Source: Candidatus Omnitrophota bacterium (lineage in GTDB: Bacteria; Omnitrophota; Gorgyraeia; Zapsychrales; Zapsychraceae). Taken from it: DNA of 64,000 nt. This document shows positions 8,990 through 19,006 of the stretch, in pieces. Where the stretch lies: the NCBI GenBank assembly GCA_015233495.1, contig JADFXQ010000005.1, positions 3,066-67,065 of the forward strand, given 5' to 3'. Under the pieces are notes generated by a model. It was not told the origin of the DNA and ran no database searches. It saw only the letters and a list, made by a program, of their open reading frames with translations. Each line of letters starts with the position of its first letter. Within the stretch, counting starts at the first letter, position 1. The translations under genes were made by a program, and so were the position numbers.

Positions 8990-10092
8990 GCTAAGGTTTC
9001 AATATGCTTGGTTTTCGGAAAAAAATCAAAGGGCATAACGCGTTGAATTTGCCAACCACCCGAAACCAACCCGTTTAAATCCCGAATCAAGGCTTCGGGC
9101 TGGCAGGACAAATAAAGTAAATGTTGAAATCCAGTCGCGTTTTTAAACATGGCTAAGGCGGAGGAACTCAGACCGGCTCGCGGCGGATCAATTATTGCGA
9201 CGGCGGAGTTATTTTTGTCCGAGAAATTGAGAATGTCCAAATGCTCTTCCATTTTTCCGGATTTGATTTCAAAATTTGTTAAGCCGTTATAATGCGCATT
9301 GTGATGGCAAAGTTTTATCGAAGCCGGATTCTCTTCAACCAAAACCACCTGGCGCGCCAAATCCGCCAAGCCGATTCCAAACAATCCTACTCCGCCGTAT
9401 AAATCAAAGAGCCGAGGTTTGTTTTGGTTATCGTTGGGTGTTTTCTGCCGATTGTCGACAGTCGGTTGTTTCTCACCCGTTTTTTGCCCCCAGATTGGCA
9501 ATGTTTCTATTGTAGCGAAAAGTTTGGGCAAAATCGACAAATTTGCCTGAAAGAATGTTTCTAGGCTGTAAAAAATTTTTCGGGAACGGATGGTGGCGGA
9601 AAAATAATTTTCCGGAGATTGGCGCAAGGATCGTTTGCCGATGCCGCCCCAAAAGACCTTTCCTTCCTCTCCGGTCCGCACGACAAGATTAGCGACTCGG
9701 TAGCGTGCCGGCAATGTCGCGCGGACTTGCCGGGTGAGCTCGGGAATAAAATCAGAAATTTCCCGCCGGGCGATGTAACACGCGCTGATCGGGAGAATGC
9801 CGCGGTGGTTTTGCGGGGTAAAGCCCACCAGGATTTCGTTGGTTTTAGTGCGCAGGAGTTTTAGGTCTATCCGGTTGCGGTAATTATATTCCTCTGCGGA
9901 TGCGACAATAGGTTCCGGAATCCCGGCGAAACCGGCAGCCTTAAAGATTTTTTGTAAATAAGCTTGTTTCCAATTTAGCTCTTCGGAATAGGAGATGTTT
10001 TGAAATGAACAGCCTAAACAAGTTTTAAAAACCGGGCAAAGCGGCAGGACACAGAGTGCGTCAGTGTCATAATTTTCAATATCAGGTTTCAT
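8968..10092 (-). CDS. RNA (uracil-C5)-methyltransferase, RlmD/TrmA family
   Basis: CPVFKTCLGC Fe-S motif, YRNR, FFQAN, DLYGGVG, DPPRAG, YLSC, DFFPKTKHIE. Confidence 0.88.
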   Translation of the reverse strand: MKPDIENYDTDALCVLPLCPVFKTCLGCSFQNISYSEELNWKQAYLQKIFKAAGFAGIPEPIVASAEEYNYRNRIDLKLLRTKTNEILVGFTPQNHRGILPISACYIARREISDFIPELTRQVRATLPARYRVANLVVRTGEEGKVFWGGIGKRSLRQSPENYFSATIRSRKIFYSLETFFQANLSILPKLFATIETLPIWGQKTGEKQPTVDNRQKTPNDNQNKPRLFDLYGGVGLFGIGLADLARQVVLVEENPASIKLCHHNAHYNGLTNFEIKSGKMEEHLDILNFSDKNNSAVAIIDPPRAGLSSSALAMFKNATGFQHLLYLSCQPEALIRDLNGLVSGGWQIQRVMPFDFFPKTKHIETLAWLTKWI

Positions 10093-10099
10093 GAGAGAA

Positions 10100-10693
10100 T
10101 CACAACAGTTTGAAGGAGCGAAATAGGGCATTGACAGACTTGATGTACAGATCGTAATCCGCCAGTGTAGCTACATAGGTGATCTGGTAAGCTTTCCCGT
10201 TTTTTAACGCCCAAACGTGCGTGATTTTTAAATCATAGATGGGGTCCCGGGCGATATAGGTGAATTTAGCGGCAGGAAAACCCGCTAAGGTAAATGGCTC
10301 TTGATCGATGATTTCAATTTTTGCTTTAAATACGGCTTGTAATTGTTTAACTGCCCGGTCTGAATAGACTTCTAAGGACAGGCGCGGGTCAACCCCTTGA
10401 ATCACCACGTTGACATTTTCCGAGAAAGCATCCAGCGCATTTTTTCGCGGTGAATTAAATATCACCGCAGTGTTGTCTTTATTTTCGGTAACTGCCCAAT
10501 CAGACGGATATTTTAGGGCAAACCCATAAGAAGGATTAGCGTAGGATTGATACGTTTTAGCTTCTCTTAACCATAAATAGCCGATGATTCCTAAAATTAC
10601 AGCGCATAATCCGCTTATGAGATAAAGCTGCAAGGCGCTATATTTGTGTTGTATATCTCTCAGCGGGTTGGGGGTTGAAGTATCGGGTGGCAT
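10100..10693 (-). CDS. Membrane-anchored PsbP/DcrB-like protein
   Basis: N-terminal TM segment, YANPSYGFALKYPSDW, ENVNV, KAYQITY...SFKL pattern. Confidence 0.65.
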   Translation of the reverse strand: MPPDTSTPNPLRDIQHKYSALQLYLISGLCAVILGIIGYLWLREAKTYQSYANPSYGFALKYPSDWAVTENKDNTAVIFNSPRKNALDAFSENVNVVIQGVDPRLSLEVYSDRAVKQLQAVFKAKIEIIDQEPFTLAGFPAAKFTYIARDPIYDLKITHVWALKNGKAYQITYVATLADYDLYIKSVNALFRSFKLL

Positions 10694-10708
10694 GGTTTGC
10701 TTTCATGG

Positions 10709-11521
10709 TTATTCGGATGCTGACCAGAGAACTGCCTCTCCCATCCGGCGGACATTTTGCGGCAAACGCAGTTGTTGGGCCGCGTCTTTATCTAAAAGAA
10801 AAAATAATTCATTATTATTTTGGGGAAGAACCTGAGCGGCGGGCGCGTCTAGGGCTCCGGTTAATAAAGCGCGGCTGATGACCGCTTTAGGTTTTCCCTG
10901 AATTAAAAAAATAATGCAAGCGGCATTATTAATCACCGGGAGAGTTAAGCTGATCCGGATTTGGGGAGCAAAAGCGGCCTGGCATACTGTGACGCTGCGG
11001 GAGCGCTCCTCCCAATTTTTATCGTTTGGAAACAGCGATGCCGTATGGCCGTCTTCGCCAACTCCTAAAAGCATGAAATCAAAACGCGGCCACTCCCCCG
11101 CCGGACAACCGAAAAAAGTTTCCAAATGGCCGGCATATTGCGCCGCGGTTTCTTCCGCGGCGGCAGGCGAAGCGTCAAACGTCGCGGAACCGTTTGGCGC
11201 GATAATGGGATGAATATGATCATCCGGTAAAAGATGATCGTCAAACAAATTGTTCTTGAGCAGCCGAAAATTGCTGGCAGGATCCAGAGCCGGCACAAAA
11301 CGTTCGTCAGTTAAAAAAATATGGGTTTTTGACCACAGATCGTGCCGGTCTAAATTAGCCAAGCGGCAATAAAATTCCATAGGGGTTTTGCCGCCGGAAA
11401 GCGCGGCGGTGAATATTCCTCTTTCGCGGATGGCCGCTTCCGCTAAAGCCGTCCATTGCGTTAAGAGATGATTGGTAAGGCTGTAAGGATCTTCAAAAAT
11501 AAGAACCTGACGAGAGGCCAT
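10709..11521 (-). CDS. pgl: 6-phosphogluconolactonase
   Basis: ALSGGKTP, DERFVP, FDFMLLGVGEDGHTASLFP, RISLT. Confidence 0.93.
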   Translation of the reverse strand: MASRQVLIFEDPYSLTNHLLTQWTALAEAAIRERGIFTAALSGGKTPMEFYCRLANLDRHDLWSKTHIFLTDERFVPALDPASNFRLLKNNLFDDHLLPDDHIHPIIAPNGSATFDASPAAAEETAAQYAGHLETFFGCPAGEWPRFDFMLLGVGEDGHTASLFPNDKNWEERSRSVTVCQAAFAPQIRISLTLPVINNAACIIFLIQGKPKAVISRALLTGALDAPAAQVLPQNNNELFFLLDKDAAQQLRLPQNVRRMGEAVLWSASE

Positions 11522-11524
11522 ATT

Positions 11525-12469
11525 TTATTTCACTTTTCGAGCGATGACTCGTTTCACCGCGGCGATGATGTCCGGGCTTTTCAGATGATAATGCCGCAGG
11601 AGTTCCTCCGGCGATCCTGACTGGCCGAATTGGTCGTCGACCGCGATTATTTCCATAGGGACAGGACATTTTTGCGCCGCGACTTCAGCGACCGCGCTGC
11701 CTAAGCCGCCGGCCCTCTGATGTTCTTCCGCGGTGACAATGGCGCCGGTTTCCGAGACGCATTTTTCAATCATCGCGGCATCGATCGGTTTGATCGTGTG
11801 CATATTGACGACCCGGATATCGATGCCTTCCTGAATCAGATCATCGGCGGCGTTTAAGGCTTCAGAAACCAAACCGCCGCAGGCAATCACGGTCGCGTCT
11901 TTTCCGCCGCGCAAAATGTTTGCTTTGCCCAAAATAAACGGGTCGGATTCTTTGGTGATGATCGGAAACGGCGCGCGGCTGGTGCGCATATAAATCGGCC
12001 CGGGAGTCTCAGCCATTAGGCGGGTGGCTTTGCGCGCTTCAATTACATCCGCGGGGCAAAGCACTTTCATATTCGGTAAAACGCGCAGAATGGCGAGGTC
12101 TTCCAAACATTGCGCGGTAGCGCCGTCTTCGCCTACTGTCACGCCATAATGAGAGCAAACGATTTTAACATTGCATTCGTTGTAGCAGACATCGAGCCGC
12201 AGCATATCATAAGCGCGGTTGGTCAAAAATACGGCAAACGAAGCGATAAAAGGTATATAGCCGGCCATACTCAAACCGGCGGCGGTGCCGACCAAATCCT
12301 GCTCGGCGATGCCGACGGTAAAAAAACGGTTGGGATAAGCGTCACGGAAAAATTCCGCGCGGGTCGCGTCTTCGAGATCCGCGGATAAAACCAGGATTTT
12401 ATTGTTGGATTTTCCGAGCTCGACGATTTCCGAGCCGAATCCGTCACGTGTTGCCGCGATATGAGCCAT
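11525..12469 (-). CDS. Transketolase, C-terminal subunit
   Basis: ATRDGFG, GIAEQ, GEDGATAQ, EEHQRAGGLG. Confidence 0.92.
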   Translation of the reverse strand: MAHIAATRDGFGSEIVELGKSNNKILVLSADLEDATRAEFFRDAYPNRFFTVGIAEQDLVGTAAGLSMAGYIPFIASFAVFLTNRAYDMLRLDVCYNECNVKIVCSHYGVTVGEDGATAQCLEDLAILRVLPNMKVLCPADVIEARKATRLMAETPGPIYMRTSRAPFPIITKESDPFILGKANILRGGKDATVIACGGLVSEALNAADDLIQEGIDIRVVNMHTIKPIDAAMIEKCVSETGAIVTAEEHQRAGGLGSAVAEVAAQKCPVPMEIIAVDDQFGQSGSPEELLRHYHLKSPDIIAAVKRVIARKVK

Positions 12470-12486
12470 AAGTCTGGGTTTCCCTT

Positions 12487-13305
12487 TTAGTTTAATTCCG
12501 CTAATGCGGTTTTTAATTGTTCTTCATTTGGCGCTTTACCATGCCATTTCGCTTCGCCTTCCATAAAAGAAACGCCTTTGCCTTTTATGGTATGAGCGAT
12601 GATCGCCAAGGGTTTGTTTTTGGTTTTGCCTAATTTTTGGAAAGCCTCCAGCAAGCTGGGGAAATTGTGTCCGATCGCTTCCACCGTGTGCCAGCCAAAA
12701 CTCCGCCATTTATCGGCGAGCGGTTCCAGATTTTTGATCTCATTGGTCGGCCCGTTTTCCTGCACTTTATTATAATCAATAATGGCGCAAACATTGTCTA
12801 ATTCGCGGTGGCTGGCAGTCATCGCGGCTTCCCAAACCGAACCCTCCTGGATCTCGCCGTCACCCAACAGGCAATACGTTTTGTAGCGTTTATTCTGCAT
12901 TTTTGCGGCTATTGCCAGGCCATTCGCGACGGATAGACCGTGTCCTAATGATCCGGTGCTGAATTCCACACCCGGCACCTTTCTATAAACATGGCCTTGC
13001 AGCAGGCCGCCGAATTTCCGGTATAATTTGTATTCGTCTTTTGAAAAATATTTTTGGTTAGCTAAAGTCACGTATACAGCCGGGGAAATGTGCCCTTTTG
13101 AAACAATCAACCGATCGCGGTCTTCCCAGAGAGGGTTAGCCGGATCATGGTTCATCTGACAGGAATACAAAGTCAATAAGATTTCGACCGCGGACAAAGA
13201 CCCGCCAGGATGTCCGCACTTGGCGGCGTTGGTTAATTCTAAAATTTCCCGGCGGTACAATTTTGCCTGACTCTTGAGAAATTCGATGTCGGTTGTTTTA
13301 GACAC
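12487..13305 (-). CDS. Transketolase, N-terminal subunit
   Basis: GHPGGSLS, RDRLIVSKGH, TGSLGHG, TPP motif GDGEIQEG...N, HGKAP. Confidence 0.93.
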   Translation of the reverse strand: MSKTTDIEFLKSQAKLYRREILELTNAAKCGHPGGSLSAVEILLTLYSCQMNHDPANPLWEDRDRLIVSKGHISPAVYVTLANQKYFSKDEYKLYRKFGGLLQGHVYRKVPGVEFSTGSLGHGLSVANGLAIAAKMQNKRYKTYCLLGDGEIQEGSVWEAAMTASHRELDNVCAIIDYNKVQENGPTNEIKNLEPLADKWRSFGWHTVEAIGHNFPSLLEAFQKLGKTKNKPLAIIAHTIKGKGVSFMEGEAKWHGKAPNEEQLKTALAELN

Positions 13306-13340
13306 GTTAAACTCGCTTTGGTTATTTGTTGATAAAAGTC

Positions 13341-14615
13341 TTATTCGAAAAATAAATGTTTAAGATTCATGACGTCGCGGTAGGGAACAACTCCCAACAT
13401 TTTTCCGAACGCATCCGTGATCGGCAGAGCGCGGAAACCATAGCGGGCGAACATCTCTGAGGCAGATTTTAAGGTGCTGTCCGTGTTCAAGCTGATAACT
13501 TTGCTCGTCATGAAATTTTGTAAAAGTTCGCTCTCTTGCGCGCGCAGCAATTCTTTTAAGTGGATGACGCCTAATAACATATCCGCGGGATCAAGGATAT
13601 AAAGATAAATAATACAATCCTTATCTTTAGCGGATTGCAGATATTCTTGCCGGACTTGCCCGGCCGTCACATCCGGGGAAAAGCGTAAAAAATCCGAAAC
13701 CGCGAAATGGATGGCCCGTTCTTCTTGCATTTCCAGAATGCCCCGGATTTTCGCGGCGTTTTTATTATCAAGTAATTTTAAAATGGCGTCGACTTCCCAC
13801 CAGGGCAAGATTGACAGAATATCCGCGGCTTGTCCCGGAGTCATCTCATTGATCAAGAGCGCGGCCTTGTCTTTTTTGAGCGATCCGATCAAGTCGCGTT
13901 GATACCGCGGATCCAATTCTTCCAGGGTGTCGGACGCGTGTTCGGTTTCCAACTCGGAAAATAAGGCCACCCGCTGCTCCGGGTCAAGTTCTTCCAAAAT
14001 ATCCGCCAAATCCATGGGCTGCATTTCCGAAAGCCGCTCCTTGAGGATTTTTAATTTCAGGTCGCCTTTAAAACTGCTGATATTTTCCGGCAAACGTTGG
14101 ACATAATTCCAGGATACGGTTTGACTGCGGATTTTTTCTGCTAGTTTATAAATAAAATTCGCCAGCCATTTTAAACCGACGCGGCGCAGCAACCCATAAC
14201 GGCTGAGGTCCACGTCGATGACGAATAGTTTTTTATTGCTCAAGAACATTTTAACGTCATAAACAACTTCCACTTCCCTTCCATCCACGTCCAAGACTTT
14301 TTTATCCAAGATGTGGTCGCGCAGCAGCACGCTGCCTTCCGCGGGTTCGCCGATGTAAGGCTCAAAGGAAGCGATGTCGATTTCAACATCTTTTATCCCG
14401 AACAATTTCACTTTATCCCAGGGGATCAGCAAGGACGGTTCCCCAAACGGCCGCGAGACCAGAATATGCGTTATTTCGGCAATTTTATCTTTGTCGATAA
14501 TCTGAAAATCGTCTAACTTGCCGATTTTATTGCCGGAATTGATGACCGGGATATCGGTGATTTCGCTTAAGAAAAAGGTTTGATCCACCGGAGTCGGCCG
14601 GGCTGTGGTGTTCAT
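13341..14615 (-). CDS. Soluble PRC-barrel / MgtE N-domain / CBS-pair protein
   Basis: Two PRC-like segments (LDKKVLDVDGREV), acidic helical repeats (DLADILEELDP), C-terminal CBS pair; no TM region. Confidence 0.8.
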   Translation of the reverse strand: MNTTARPTPVDQTFFLSEITDIPVINSGNKIGKLDDFQIIDKDKIAEITHILVSRPFGEPSLLIPWDKVKLFGIKDVEIDIASFEPYIGEPAEGSVLLRDHILDKKVLDVDGREVEVVYDVKMFLSNKKLFVIDVDLSRYGLLRRVGLKWLANFIYKLAEKIRSQTVSWNYVQRLPENISSFKGDLKLKILKERLSEMQPMDLADILEELDPEQRVALFSELETEHASDTLEELDPRYQRDLIGSLKKDKAALLINEMTPGQAADILSILPWWEVDAILKLLDNKNAAKIRGILEMQEERAIHFAVSDFLRFSPDVTAGQVRQEYLQSAKDKDCIIYLYILDPADMLLGVIHLKELLRAQESELLQNFMTSKVISLNTDSTLKSASEMFARYGFRALPITDAFGKMLGVVPYRDVMNLKHLFFE

Positions 14616-14619
14616 CAGT

Positions 14620-14811
14620 TTATTTTCCTAACAAGGTGTAGAATTTAAAAAATAAAATTCCGACAAGCAAAATGAGATAAAGCCGTAAAGTGATCAAAGC
14701 AAACCGGACAAACGGCGTCATTTTGATTTGGGGTTTAGCGTATTTGTGATTGATTTCCTGCACGGATTCTATCGCGTCTTTAAAAACATTACGTATAAAA
14801 AAACCAGCCAT
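14620..14811 (-). CDS. Small membrane protein
   Basis: 63 aa with a C-terminal TM helix (ALITLRLYLILLV), tightly packed in the operon. Confidence 0.7.
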   Translation of the reverse strand: MAGFFIRNVFKDAIESVQEINHKYAKPQIKMTPFVRFALITLRLYLILLVGILFFKFYTLLGK

Positions 14812-14825
14812 AGAGCAAAGTCCCT

Positions 14826-16097
14826 TTATTTAAATATCTCCGGAAATAAAGCCGTCAAGCCGTACAGCGTTGAAACGATAATAATGAACACCACGATGCC
14901 GACATTGATAATGTTTTGTAAAAGGGTGTTTTTATACTTTCCCATCAACTCATCATTATTGAGCAAAAGAATCAAAAATACAAGCGCCGCCGGTAAAAGC
15001 GTGACTGCGATGACCTGAACGAACAGCGTGATCAGCACCAAAGGCGCGCCGGGGATGAGCACCACAGTTCCGGCGGTCAACAAAGCAAAGAAATAAAAAG
15101 CGTAAAACCAGGGTGCCTCGCGGACATTGGCGTTAAGGGAATGCGCCCAGCCAAAAACTTCTCCGAAGGCCCAAGAACTGGCTAAAGAAATACAAACCGC
15201 GCCGAGCAAGCCGGCGTTGAACAGGCCGATCGCTAAAAGCGTGCCGAGGAATTTATTAACGCTCATCAGCTGAATCGCGGCTTGTGCCGCGCTGTCAATC
15301 GGCACGCCGTATAAAACTGTGCCTGTGACCACAATACAAAAAGCGGCGACCATAATCGTGAAAAACGAACCGATTGCCGTGTCGACCTTGCCCCAAACAA
15401 TATCTTTTTCTTTGACGTTTTTATCGACCACTGCGCTTTGTTGAAAAAAGACCATCCAGGGAGCAATCGTGGTCCCGATGTTTGCCATGAGCAAAAAGAA
15501 AATTTGATTCGTAAACCCGCCCGGCGGCAAATGCGGCACAAAACTATTGTATAAAACATCCGGCACGGATGGGTTCACCATAAACGCAGCGGGAATATAA
15601 ATCAGGTTTAAAGCGCAGAAACCCATGACAATTTTTTCCCAAGTCCAGTATTTCCCCTGCAAAACCATAAAGCCCATCAGGGCGGACACCGCGAGCACCG
15701 TGATGACCGGCGGGACATGGAAAATGCTCAAGGCCGCGGTCATGCCGATGAATTCCGTGACCAAGGTCAGCCAATCCGTGAGGATGAGGTCGAGCAAGGA
15801 AAACCAGCCCCAAAACGGGCCGAACCCCTGAAAAATCGCTTCCGCGTGGCCGCGTTTGGTGACCGCGCCGAGTCGCACGGTCATCTCCTGGACAAAATAA
15901 GCGATGAACCCCAGAACAACCAGAAACCACAAAAAATGATATTTATATTGAGCGCCGGTCACGGCGTAAGTGGTGATCCCGCCCGCGTCATTGTCGGCGA
16001 TCATCACAATGATCCCCGGCCCGGCGAGGAGTAAATAAAGTTTCAGACCTTTAAAAAATTTACGGTATTCGTAAAAACTTTTGGCGAAAATATTCAT
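14826..16097 (-). CDS. Nramp-family divalent cation transporter (NRMT/Mg2+-type motifs)
   Basis: GPGIIVMIADNDAGG, QEMTVRLGAVT, NIGTTIAPW; about 11 hydrophobic segments. Confidence 0.88.
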   Translation of the reverse strand: MNIFAKSFYEYRKFFKGLKLYLLLAGPGIIVMIADNDAGGITTYAVTGAQYKYHFLWFLVVLGFIAYFVQEMTVRLGAVTKRGHAEAIFQGFGPFWGWFSLLDLILTDWLTLVTEFIGMTAALSIFHVPPVITVLAVSALMGFMVLQGKYWTWEKIVMGFCALNLIYIPAAFMVNPSVPDVLYNSFVPHLPPGGFTNQIFFLLMANIGTTIAPWMVFFQQSAVVDKNVKEKDIVWGKVDTAIGSFFTIMVAAFCIVVTGTVLYGVPIDSAAQAAIQLMSVNKFLGTLLAIGLFNAGLLGAVCISLASSWAFGEVFGWAHSLNANVREAPWFYAFYFFALLTAGTVVLIPGAPLVLITLFVQVIAVTLLPAALVFLILLLNNDELMGKYKNTLLQNIINVGIVVFIIIVSTLYGLTALFPEIFK

Positions 16098-16243
16098 AAA
16101 GCGAAGGAAATCAAAACAGATTGGCTTTCGATTTTAACCACGAGAGGATAACAGAAAAAATCCGGCGTGTAAACCAAAAATCAGGAAAAATAGCCACAAA
16201 ATGCGGGCTATACTACAAAGCAGCCTGACTTGAATCGAAAAAA

Positions 16244-16801
16244 CTACCAACCTAAAATCAGGAAATAAAAGAAATAAAAAATGATCCAAAAAGCTGAAAA
16301 TATCGCTCCTTTTTTTGTCGGCCATTGTTGAACACATTTGTTCCCGGAAAAGTCGATGATCTGGGCGATAAAAATGCCCACTAAAAAACGAGTAGCTCGC
16401 GCTAAAATGGAAAAGAAGAGAAATAGAGTTATATTGCCGGAGAGTCTTCCCCACTCCGCAGCGTAAATTTTATATGGGATGCCCCGAAACATCCCGTTAA
16501 ACACACTGATGAGACCGGATTCGCGCAAATGTCCCGCGACTTGGTTGACCATGTTCGCAGAAATCCCGGGTGTCCTGTCCAGACGCAAGGTTAGTTGCGG
16601 CATAGGGGTTTGCTTCCCGACAAAATACATCAGTAAACCGCCGGAGAGAGCTCCGAGAACCGCCCACATCACAGCTCGATATGCCATTTTGCGGTTGGGT
16701 AAAAAGAATGCCAATCCGGTAAGCCAGACGTCCGGCACGATGAAAAAAAACGTCCCTTCGGCCAGCCCCCATAAATAAGGAATGAAAACAGTTGCGATCA
16801 T
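16244..16801 (-). CDS. Membrane protein, YqaA/DedA-like
   Basis: AEGTFFFIVPD, GALSGGLLMYFVG, GIPYKIY, R-x-x-RF motifs. Confidence 0.65.
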   Translation of the reverse strand: MIATVFIPYLWGLAEGTFFFIVPDVWLTGLAFFLPNRKMAYRAVMWAVLGALSGGLLMYFVGKQTPMPQLTLRLDRTPGISANMVNQVAGHLRESGLISVFNGMFRGIPYKIYAAEWGRLSGNITLFLFFSILARATRFLVGIFIAQIIDFSGNKCVQQWPTKKGAIFSAFWIIFYFFYFLILGW

Positions 16802-17424
16802 GATCGATTTTCCTTAAGCCGAATTACGGCTTCGCGCAATTGTTTTACAGCCGTATCTTTCGGGCCTTCCAGGGCAATCGGTTGTCCGATATGAACTTCG
16901 CAAAAAAAAGGCAATAAAATTAACTCTCCTTTTGGCAGGGCGCGGTACATATTGTTTAAATACACCGGGATGATAGGAATATTGCCGTGTTCTTTGATGA
17001 GGTGGACGACGCCGGCATGAAAGGGCCCGATCGTGCCGTCTTTTGACCGCGTGCCTTCCGGAAAGATAATCAAAACATTTTTTTGCTTCAAGGCATCTTT
17101 CAGTTTATCTATGGGATTGCATTCCCGGTTAATATGGGCTCGTTCAATGGACAAGATATTAAAAAAGGTGTGCGCGAGCCAGGAAACGAAAGGATTTTTT
17201 TCAAAATAGTCAGCCGCTGCCACAGGACGCACTTTTCCTAATCGGTGTATGGGAAATAAACTTAATAACGCGGCAGTATCCAGATGGCTGGAATGATTAG
17301 CGATCAAAATATAAGGTGTTGAAAGGGGTAAATTCTCCCGCCCATAGATCCGTAGACCGATAAAAATATATAACACCGGCCGCAAGATAAAAATGAAAAA
17401 TAATACGCGCAGAATGTTCCGCAT
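16798..17424 (-). CDS. Lysophospholipid acyltransferase (PlsC family)
   Basis: NHSSHLD (HxxxxD) and FPEGTRS. Confidence 0.9.
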   Translation of the reverse strand: MRNILRVLFFIFILRPVLYIFIGLRIYGRENLPLSTPYILIANHSSHLDTAALLSLFPIHRLGKVRPVAAADYFEKNPFVSWLAHTFFNILSIERAHINRECNPIDKLKDALKQKNVLIIFPEGTRSKDGTIGPFHAGVVHLIKEHGNIPIIPVYLNNMYRALPKGELILLPFFCEVHIGQPIALEGPKDTAVKQLREAVIRLKENRS

Positions 17425-17425
17425 A

Positions 17426-18370
17426 TCAATAATAAAAATACCGGACAAGATGAAAAAATATCGGGGCTGTATAACACAAAGAGTCGGCGCGATCTAAAGC
17501 GCCTCCGTGTCCGGGGATAAAATTGCTGAAATCTTTGATCCCGACGTCGCGTTTGATCGCGGACATGACAACATCGCCGAAAAATCCCAATACTCCGATG
17601 ATGAAGCCGAAAAATAAAGTTTCCTCGACGTTAAAAGGCGTTAAAAATCTTAAAAAAAGAGAACAAAGAGTTGTTGTGATTACACCGCCCCAAAAACCTT
17701 CAGACGTTTTCTTCGGGCTGACGCCTGGTATGATTTTACGGCGCCCGACGGCTTTTCCCCAAAGATATTGAAAGACATCATTCATCTCGGTCGCAATGAC
17801 TAAAAAAAGCAGCAATGTGGCGCCGTTGACCCTGCCAGAGTTGATAGCCGGCATTTTTGATAAAAATGCCAAGTGGCTTAAGCCGAACACAAAAGCCATC
17901 AACCCCCATTGAATAGCAGATGTCGAAGATAAAAATCCTTTGGGTTCTTCCGTTAAAACAAGGCGTATCGGGATAAACAAAAACATATAAACAGGAATAA
18001 AAATAATGAACATCCCGTACCAACCGATCGAAACAAAATAATATTGAGCCGGAATGCAGAGAAATGCCCAAAATAAAGCCCGGTGATCAGCGCGCCGGGT
18101 ATCAAGAATCGTAACAAATTCTTTAAAAACCATAAAACTCAAGAGGGCAAAAAATATGATCGTTATAGAACGGTTGACGACTACTGCGGCAAAGAAAAAA
18201 AATGCCATGATCCACCATGCGCGAACGCGGTCTTTCAATTCCGTGATATTGAAGGAAATGATGTGGCGAGATAAAAATTCTATGAGCGCGGAAGACAAGA
18301 GCAAAACACAAAAAATCATCAAACCGGCCAGTGACAGGGAAGACAGAATAGGATCCGTAATGCCCCTCAT
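17426..18370 (-). CDS. Phosphatidate cytidylyltransferase (CdsA/YnbB-like)
   Basis: NDVFQYLWGK, SPKKTSEG, GDVVMSAIKRDVGIKD, PGHGGALDRADS. Confidence 0.92.
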   Translation of the reverse strand: MRGITDPILSSLSLAGLMIFCVLLLSSALIEFLSRHIISFNITELKDRVRAWWIMAFFFFAAVVVNRSITIIFFALLSFMVFKEFVTILDTRRADHRALFWAFLCIPAQYYFVSIGWYGMFIIFIPVYMFLFIPIRLVLTEEPKGFLSSTSAIQWGLMAFVFGLSHLAFLSKMPAINSGRVNGATLLLFLVIATEMNDVFQYLWGKAVGRRKIIPGVSPKKTSEGFWGGVITTTLCSLFLRFLTPFNVEETLFFGFIIGVLGFFGDVVMSAIKRDVGIKDFSNFIPGHGGALDRADSLCYTAPIFFHLVRYFYY

Positions 18371-18975
18371 AGATTCGCCTCCTTCCAAATCGCAGTTAAA
18401 CGGTTAAGGCATGTTACAAGTGTTAGAGCAGCTGCGATGGCAAAGAATATTTTCCAATAATGAATCGTTGCCGGGTAGAAAAAAACTATAACGATTAGCA
18501 ATCCGGTAAAAAAAGCCCGATCGCTTTTGCCCATGGGACCTTCGTAATGACGGTGCGCTTTCAATGCAGGCCCAAGCAGACCGCAAAATTCCGTAAAAAT
18601 CCCTCCTAAAATAAAAAATAATATCGGGAATTCAGCCGATGGACATAGAATAAGAAATGGAATAAAAAGAGCAGCATCGGAAACAAGATCGCCGATCTCG
18701 TTTAAAATCAGTCCGAGCCGAGATTGCAATTTAAATTCCCTGGCCATCATACCATCGAGAGCATTTAATGCCATCCGGATAAAAAGCCAAACAGGGAATA
18801 TGAGAATTTTAACATTATCCATAGAAACCAAGGTCATCAGAAAACCTACGCAAATAGACCCCCCAACGGCCGATAAAGTCAAACCATTGGGGGTAATTTT
18901 CAGATCATGTAAAAAAAACATGACCGGACGCATGAGATTTTGAAACGCTGGTTTTAGGTTATAAATACTCGGCAC
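18367..18975 (-). CDS. CDP-alcohol phosphatidyltransferase (YnbA-like)
   Basis: SIYNLKPAFQ, TPNGLT, RMALNALDGMMARE...G..LNEIGDLVSD, GPMGKSDRA; GTG start after GAAGGGAG. Confidence 0.9.
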   Translation of the reverse strand: MPSIYNLKPAFQNLMRPVMFFLHDLKITPNGLTLSAVGGSICVGFLMTLVSMDNVKILIFPVWLFIRMALNALDGMMAREFKLQSRLGLILNEIGDLVSDAALFIPFLILCPSAEFPILFFILGGIFTEFCGLLGPALKAHRHYEGPMGKSDRAFFTGLLIVIVFFYPATIHYWKIFFAIAAALTLVTCLNRLTAIWKEANL

Positions 18976-19006
18976 CGTCACTCCCTTCACTGACAGATTC
19001 AAAAGA

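Noticed and set aside
16098-16243. Metal-sensing riboswitch before the Nramp gene
   Set aside because: No M-box or yybP features; a promoter-like TTTACA-17-TATCCT leaves too short a leader. ORF 16134-16454 is probably spurious.
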